Source of the DNA: an uncultured virus (IMG/VR IMGVR_UViG_3300025158_000017)
Lineage: Duplodnaviria; Heunggongvirae; Uroviricota; Caudoviricetes
Direction: 5' to 3' (one strand)
DNA: 20,000 nt
Virus record (IMG/VR): IMGVR_UViG_3300025158_000017
Shown here: positions 14,948 to 20,000 of the stretch, piece after piece
Numbering within the stretch: the stretch's first letter is position 1
Layout: every line of letters begins with the position of its first letter
Notes under the pieces: generated by a model
Databases searched by the model: none
Seen by the model: only the letters and a program-made list of their open reading frames with translations
Told to the model about the DNA's origin: nothing
Program-made: the position numbers and the translations under genes

Positions 14948-17353
14948 ATGAAAGGCAATAGCCAAAAATCAATAGAATTTCTAAAACTTTTTAAACCGGG
15001 AGGACCATGGACACTAGGAGCAATTGCTCCTGATCGTAAACAAGTTACATTTAAAACTTTTACAGATGAACAATCTGCATATACTTTTGTTGAACAAGAG
15101 AATGGTATTCGTAATATCTATTTTCTAGTCAACGAACCAAGATTAGATATCAATTCAAAGCCAAGTAAAACAGATATTGAAAATGGTCTGTGGTTGCATG
15201 TTGATATTGATAGTGATGCACCAGATGCTGAGGGTCTTGAAAATGATCGCAGTATAATGCTTTCACGTCTAACAACTAATCTACCAAAAGGAATTCAGAA
15301 ACCAACAGTAATTATTTTCTCAGGTAATGGATATTGGGGCTTCTGGAAACTCAAGGAACCATTTCCTATCCAAGGAACAGAAGTAAAGTGGGAAGATTTT
15401 GAGCTATATAACAAACGTCTTGAACAAGTTTTCGGAGGTGATCATTGCTTTAACGTAGATCGTATTGCTCGCCTTCCTGGGACAATAAATATTCCAAATC
15501 CACAGAAACGTAAAAAAGGTAGAGTTGAAGTTGAAGCTTCACTTCTAGAATACGATCCTAGTTGTGTGTATGATATTGCAGATTTTAAGAAAGCCGCTGG
15601 AACTCAAGTTTCCGGATCCATGATGGATGGTGGAAAAATAAAAGATGTTGATATTGATGTTGGTAATATTGATCGCATACAAGATCTCAATGAATTGGAT
15701 GAATGGTCTGTCCCAGACAGAATTAAAATTATCATTGCCCAAGGGCATCATCCTGATCAGCCAAAAGCCTCAGACAATTCTAGGTCCGCTTGGGTTTTTG
15801 ATTGTGTCTGTGGTCTTGCTCGTTGTGATGTTCCAGATCATGTAATTTATTCGATACTTACAGATCCAGAATGGTTGATCTCACAATCTGTTTTAGAATT
15901 GAAATCTGGTGCAGATAGATATGCTCGTAGACAAATATCAAGAGCAAAGCAATATAGTGAAGATCCAAATCTACTTATGATGAATGATAGACATGCTGTT
16001 ATTGGTAACATAGGCGGAAAATGTGCAGTGATCGAAGAGATTGATGATCATCTGAAACTTCACAATGGACAGACATTTAACCGCACAAAATTGACGATGT
16101 CTAGCTTTGATAGTATCAAACAAAGATACATGAATAAGTTAGTAAAAGTTGGAACGACTAAAGATGGTGCTCCAGTCACTATGTCACTCGGTGATTACTG
16201 GCTCAAACACCCGATGCGTAGACAATATGATACAATGAGATTTATGCCTCTCATTGAAAAAGAAGGTGTTTATAATCTATGGCGTGGATTTGCTTACGAT
16301 GCTATCCCTGGAGAATGTTCTCTTTATCTACAACATGTGAAAGAAAATGTTTGTAACAATAATGAGATTCATTATGAATACTTAATCAAATGGATGGCTA
16401 GAGCAATTCAACAACCTGCTTCAGCAGGTGAAGTATCTATAGTTCTTAGAGGTGGAAAAGGAACTGGTAAAGGCTGGTTCGCTAGAACTTTTGGTCGTTT
16501 GTTCGGCAGACATTTTATGCATATCGCTAATGCGAAACACCTAGTTGGTAATTTCAATGCTCACTTACAAGATTGTGTTTGTCTTTTTGCAGATGAAGCA
16601 TTTTTTGCTGGTGACAAACAACATGAAAGTGTTCTCAAAAGAATCGTCACAGAAGACACACTGAATATTGAGAAAAAAGGTTATGATGTAGAAGACACTC
16701 CAAACTTTATCCATATGATTATGGCATCTAATGATGTTCACGTTATCCGTGCAACCGGAGACGAACGAAGATATTTTATGCTTCAAATGGGAGAAGGTAA
16801 AAAACAAGATTCAAAATTCTTTTCTGCCTTAAACCATCAAATGGAAAATAGTGGATATGAAGCACTATTGTTCCATCTACAATCTATTGATATTTCAGAT
16901 TTTGAAGTTCGTAATGTCCCACAAACAGATGCTCTGCAAGAGCAAAAACTTCTGTCTATGGATTACAATGAAGAATGGTGGTTTAGAAAACTACAAGATG
17001 GTAGAGTTTTTGAAGGCGATGCTGAATGGGATCGTTATGCCCAAACAGAACTTGTCACTGCTGATTTCGTGAGATACATGGAATTGTGGAGAATGAATCG
17101 GCGTGGTAACGAAACTTCCTTGGGTAGATTTCTATCCAGAATGTGTCCACATCTAACAAAAGTTCGAAGAAGAATAAATGTCAATGTTGATGATGGATAT
17201 GGAAATTCAAAACGTGAAGCTCGTCGTGCTATGTTTTATGATTTCGGAACACTTGATCAGTGTAGAAAAGCATGGGAAGATTCACACGGTGAACTAGATT
17301 GGGAAGAACCAGCACAATTAGACATTGATCAGCCAGATAACGAGCCATTTTAA
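14948..17353 (+). CDS. Primase-helicase: AEP (RepB'-like) primase fused to an SF3/D5-like helicase
   Basis: 'LHVDID', 'IFSGNGYWGFWKL', 'DRIARLPGTIN', helical 'SRSAWVF' region, 'YNLWRGF', Walker A 'GGKGTGKG', Walker B 'LFADEA', 'MASN', 'DERRYF'. Confidence 0.88.
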   Translation: MKGNSQKSIEFLKLFKPGGPWTLGAIAPDRKQVTFKTFTDEQSAYTFVEQENGIRNIYFLVNEPRLDINSKPSKTDIENGLWLHVDIDSDAPDAEGLENDRSIMLSRLTTNLPKGIQKPTVIIFSGNGYWGFWKLKEPFPIQGTEVKWEDFELYNKRLEQVFGGDHCFNVDRIARLPGTINIPNPQKRKKGRVEVEASLLEYDPSCVYDIADFKKAAGTQVSGSMMDGGKIKDVDIDVGNIDRIQDLNELDEWSVPDRIKIIIAQGHHPDQPKASDNSRSAWVFDCVCGLARCDVPDHVIYSILTDPEWLISQSVLELKSGADRYARRQISRAKQYSEDPNLLMMNDRHAVIGNIGGKCAVIEEIDDHLKLHNGQTFNRTKLTMSSFDSIKQRYMNKLVKVGTTKDGAPVTMSLGDYWLKHPMRRQYDTMRFMPLIEKEGVYNLWRGFAYDAIPGECSLYLQHVKENVCNNNEIHYEYLIKWMARAIQQPASAGEVSIVLRGGKGTGKGWFARTFGRLFGRHFMHIANAKHLVGNFNAHLQDCVCLFADEAFFAGDKQHESVLKRIVTEDTLNIEKKGYDVEDTPNFIHMIMASNDVHVIRATGDERRYFMLQMGEGKKQDSKFFSALNHQMENSGYEALLFHLQSIDISDFEVRNVPQTDALQEQKLLSMDYNEEWWFRKLQDGRVFEGDAEWDRYAQTELVTADFVRYMELWRMNRRGNETSLGRFLSRMCPHLTKVRRRINVNVDDGYGNSKREARRAMFYDFGTLDQCRKAWEDSHGELDWEEPAQLDIDQPDNEPF

Positions 17354-17449
17354 AGCCCTCAGAGCGCGCTGGATGGTTGGCCCTGCATGGTAGGGGCAGC
17401 AACACGTCCAGGCGCACCACGGACGCGCTCCGGACGCCTACGGACAAGT
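17354..17449. repeat. GC-rich intergenic element with a long imperfect hairpin and three phased CGGAC repeats
   Basis: Hairpin arms 17366-17386 and 17390-17415; alternative pairing GAGCGCG (17362) / CGCGCTC (17424); CGGAC at 17420, 17431 and 17441. Confidence 0.7.
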
Positions 17450-17562
17450 AATTGTGGTCAGGCTACACGTCAAACTGTAAATTAAAGCAAGTTAAACGGT
17501 GTTTAGCAGAAATTTTGCAGCTTTCGTGTGACGTTAGGATCGTGATAACTATTGAGGATATA

Positions 17563-17757
17563 ATGGTGAAATTCGAAGAGCTTAAACCTGGATTAGAAAT
17601 TCTTGTAGATGGAGGCTTCACTTGCATGAACCCTGGAAAATACAGAGTTAAAGTTGGCAAGAAAGGTTTTTATCTACGATGTGTAGAAGGAAAACATTAT
17701 CTCGATGGTCAACTCGACGATAATTATAATCTTGTGGGTATCAATCATGTTGAGTAA
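17563..17757 (+). CDS. Small phage hypothetical protein (64 aa)
   Basis: GAGGA RBS precedes ATG 17563 (start moved from TTG 17452). Contains 'LKPG....VDGGFTCM' and 'C..GKHYLDGQLD'. Confidence 0.7.
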   Translation: MVKFEELKPGLEILVDGGFTCMNPGKYRVKVGKKGFYLRCVEGKHYLDGQLDDNYNLVGINHVE

Positions 17758-17950
17758 AATCTGGATGATACCTTGGTCAGTCTCAAACCATTGTTGTTTT
17801 CAAAGCAGCCTTGTTTTGTTCGGAGAACAAGTGACAAAGCAGCAAGCTGAAGCTGATCCAGATAAAGGGAAAACTTTGTTTGAAACTCTCGATTTAACAC
17901 CCGAAGAAGAAACTTCAATCTTGCAGTCAATGAGGAGCACTTTCGGATGA
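17747..17950 (+). CDS. Small hypothetical protein (about 67 aa)
   Basis: Fills the gap, overlaps the previous ORF and has an ATGA overlap with the ligase. Contains SNHCCF. The start is uncertain. Confidence 0.55.
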   Translation: MLSKIWMIPWSVSNHCCFQSSLVLFGEQVTKQQAEADPDKGKTLFETLDLTPEEETSILQSMRSTFG

Positions 17951-18870
17951 AACCAATGCTTGCAAGTAAATGGTGTGAGATAAACGAAAGCATGTTTCCT
18001 TTCTGGGCTCAACCAAAGCTAGATGGAATTCGTGTTCTTGTTGGTGATGATGGATATCTTTACACAAGAAGTTTGAAACCTGTTCGCAATTATAAATTGC
18101 AGTCCATTGTTCGAAATCATAAGGATAAACTTTTTGGTCTAGATGCTGAGATAATCGTCGGGGATAAAACTGCGGAGGATTGTTACAGAAGAACAAGTTC
18201 GGCTGTAATGAGCTTTGAGAGTGAAGATATTAAACATGCAACTCTCCATGTTTTTGACATATGGAATGACAAACATCATAATTATGATGAGAGATATTCT
18301 CAACTTTTACAGAGAATGGACGACTTCCCTGATTGGGTTCAAGTTGTTCAAACAATATTAGTTTCTGATATGGAAATGCTAAATTATTATGAGACGAGAT
18401 TATTGAATGAAGGTCATGAAGGTGTGATACTTCGGAGACGTGATGCTCTTTACAAAAGAGGACGTGGAACACCCAATAAAGGAGAACTCATAAAACTGAA
18501 AAGATTTGTAGATGCAGAAGGCATCATAGTTGATGTCCATGAAGAGAGGCACAATGCAAATCCAGCAATGATAAATTCTCAAGGATATAAAGAACATTCT
18601 GGGCATAAAGAAAATTTGATAGGCAAGAACACACTTGGAGCGATAGAGGTAAAGTTGGACAAAAAATGGCGGAGTGAGTTTGTCAGAATCGGCACAGGAT
18701 TCAATGCTGTCCAACGAACAGAGCTATGGCAGAAAAAAGATGAATTAATTGGAAAGATTGTGAAATACAAATACTTTGAAGTCGGCGTTAAAGATGCACC
18801 GAGGTTCCCGGTGTTTCTTAGCTTTAGAGATCCTGATGATATGGAACCACAACAAGGAGATCTTTTCTAA
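17947..18870 (+). CDS. ATP-dependent DNA ligase
   Basis: 'KPMLA', motif I 'QPKLDGIR', 'LDAEI', 'HVFDI', 'EGVILR', 'LIKLK', OB-fold 'IGTGF' and 'PRFPVF..FR'. Confidence 0.93.
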   Translation: MKPMLASKWCEINESMFPFWAQPKLDGIRVLVGDDGYLYTRSLKPVRNYKLQSIVRNHKDKLFGLDAEIIVGDKTAEDCYRRTSSAVMSFESEDIKHATLHVFDIWNDKHHNYDERYSQLLQRMDDFPDWVQVVQTILVSDMEMLNYYETRLLNEGHEGVILRRRDALYKRGRGTPNKGELIKLKRFVDAEGIIVDVHEERHNANPAMINSQGYKEHSGHKENLIGKNTLGAIEVKLDKKWRSEFVRIGTGFNAVQRTELWQKKDELIGKIVKYKYFEVGVKDAPRFPVFLSFRDPDDMEPQQGDLF

Positions 18871-19217
18871 TGAAACTCTGGGAAAAAACTAAAAAACTCT
18901 TTACTCGAAAAGGTAAAAGAGTTAAGAAAGTTAAAAAAGAGATTTCTGTTGAAATGACTGAATCAGAGAAACTGATTCAGAATAATTGGGGCTTGAAGTT
19001 CATTCATGATGAACCAGCAAGGGCAGGTGAAAAAAGAGCTCATGTTCTTGAGGCAAAAAAGATGGAACATCTATCTAAGATTCCTCAAATGAACAATCCA
19101 AATAGTCGTCAAGTTCGAAGACAGTTGGAACGATGTGAGTTTAAAAATCTGCGATCTGAGATTAAAATGATGCAGAATAAACAAAAGAAGAGAGATAGAG
19201 AATTGCTTCAATCATGA
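18870..19217 (+). CDS. Basic hypothetical protein (115 aa)
   Basis: TAATG overlap with the ligase and GGAGA RBS. Lys/Arg-rich, contains SRQVRRQ. Confidence 0.65.
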   Translation: MKLWEKTKKLFTRKGKRVKKVKKEISVEMTESEKLIQNNWGLKFIHDEPARAGEKRAHVLEAKKMEHLSKIPQMNNPNSRQVRRQLERCEFKNLRSEIKMMQNKQKKRDRELLQS

Positions 19218-19468
19218 ATCATGAGCAACTCCGTGATAAATGTCGTGAGGCTATGGGAGCAAAAGTTCCCATAGCTGCACAAGAAAGATGGTCACTCTTT
19301 AATAAAGAAAAAAGAACCGAATTTAAATTTCGGTATGAGTGGATTGTTAATAGGAATTTCTATTCTTGGGTTTATGAGAATATTCACTGTCTAGAAATTA
19401 TGGATGGAGCAGAATGGTTTGGAGTCTATATCGTTGATAAAGATGGGATGTCATTGAATGAATATTAA
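19214..19468 (+). CDS. Hypothetical protein (84 aa)
   Basis: ATGA overlap with the previous ORF. No recognisable motif. Confidence 0.6.
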   Translation: MNHEQLRDKCREAMGAKVPIAAQERWSLFNKEKRTEFKFRYEWIVNRNFYSWVYENIHCLEIMDGAEWFGVYIVDKDGMSLNEY

Positions 19469-19520
19469 TCTGACATTATAATTATGCGCTCACGCGCGTA
19501 AAGAGCACGACAAATAACGG

Positions 19521-19549
19521 TTTTCATTTGCCTACTCGCAGGTTACTAT
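19521..19549 (+). promoter_or_regulatory. Possible sigma70-type promoter
   Basis: TTTTCA (19521-19526), 17-nt spacer, TACTAT (19544-19549), upstream of an AGGTG RBS and ATG 19581. Confidence 0.3.
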
Positions 19550-19580
19550 GGTCTATATAAACTTTTATTGTAGGTGAAAA

Positions 19581-20000
19581 ATGCCAGACATGAATAAAAT
19601 CAAAGAAAAAATCCTAAAGTTGCGGTCCATGATCCCTGAAAGAGGAGCAACTGAAGGTGAAGCTCTTGCAGCATTGCTGAAAGCAGATGCTCTTATGGCA
19701 GAACATGATCTGTCAGAAAAAGATCTTGATATTGCCCAAGCTAAGAGAGATATGAGAGCTGGCGAATTCAAGTATGGAATTAAGACTCAGCATCCTTGTG
19801 CTAAATGGTGCAGCAAAACAATTGGAAGATTTTGTGGTGTGACCACTTGGTGGAATGGTGAAAAATCAACTTCTAATGCTTTTGGATTTAATGGTGACGT
19901 TGAGATGTATGAGTTTCTTTTGAAACTTGTTCATGATACGATGAATCGTGAATGGAAAGATTATGTCAATAATCATCCACCACGAAAAGGAGTTTCTCGT
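19581..20000 (+). CDS. DUF2786-like protein, 3'-truncated (absent from the ORF track)
   Basis: Manual translation MPDMNKIKEKILKLRSMIPERGATEGEALAALLKADALMAEHDLSEKDL... stays open to the window end. The 'KI.KL.......T..EA..A...A..LM..H.L' pattern matches DUF2786. AGGTG RBS at 19572-19576. Confidence 0.78.
   Translation, partial: MPDMNKIKEKILKLRSMIPERGATEGEALAALLKADALMAEHDLSEKDLDIAQAKRDMRAGEFKYGIKTQHPCAKWCSKTIGRFCGVTTWWNGEKSTSNAFGFNGDVEMYEFLLKLVHDTMNREWKDYVNNHPPRKGVSR

Noticed and set aside
2709..17353. Inteins, introns or homing endonucleases in nrdJ, polA or the primase-helicase
   Set aside because: The ORFs are uninterrupted, of ordinary length, and show no intein, HNH or LAGLIDADG motifs.
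17354..17449. CRISPR array, tRNA or Rho-independent terminator
   Set aside because: The repeats are only 5-7 bp without spacers, there is no cloverleaf or T-loop consensus, and no U-tract follows the hairpin.
17452..17562. TTG-started extension of the small ORF
   Set aside because: It lies over the promoter-like motif, and a GAGGA RBS supports ATG 17563.
1712..19395. Frequent TCTAGA sites (at least nine seen) as evidence of relaxed restriction-site avoidance
   Set aside because: The count is close to what base composition predicts, so it is uninformative without a genome-wide k-mer test.
696..19771. Remaining nested alternate-frame and minus-strand ORFs (e.g. 1022-1396, 3351-3704, 10318-10773, 12116-12628, 17229-17447, 19565-19771)
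   Set aside because: They overlap well-supported plus-strand genes, lack recognisable motifs and run against the uniform gene orientation.

Overview
This window is the DNA metabolism and replication module of a tailed dsDNA bacteriophage. It is AT-rich (roughly 35-40% GC by eye), and every credible gene is on the + strand, mostly coupled through ATGA or TAATG overlaps. Gene order: hypothetical (5'-truncated), SSB-like protein, terminator, RecD/Dda-like helicase, class II (B12-dependent) ribonucleotide reductase, Lys/Ala-rich protein, 5-hmdU DNA kinase-like (aGPT-Pplase1) protein, small membrane protein, GT-B glycosyltransferase, dUMP hydroxymethylase-type thymidylate synthase homolog, HD nucleotidase, DUF3310-like protein, family A DNA polymerase, hypothetical, FkbM-like methyltransferase, small hypothetical, DEDDh exonuclease, dCTP deaminase, VRR-NUC-like nuclease, AEP primase-SF3 helicase, GC-rich structured spacer, two small ORFs, ATP-dependent ligase, two hypotheticals, DUF2786-like protein (3'-truncated). 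The layout resembles M6/YuA-like thymidine-hypermodifying phages. The strongest lead is a hypermodification cassette in which 5-hmdU synthesis and a 5-hmdU DNA kinase-like gene occur with a divergent glycosyltransferase and an FkbM methyltransferase, while no amino acid:DNA transferase, radical SAM or PLP enzyme is visible in the window. This suggests a possibly undescribed sugar-modified (base J-like, perhaps methylated) thymine substitute. Secondary leads are a shared TTGTGG promoter/operator motif at three sites, two related GC-rich elements that may be priming or origin signals, sliding-clamp-binding motifs on the polymerase and ligase, and a structured leader before the SSB-like gene. All family calls come from motif recognition by eye; no searches were run.
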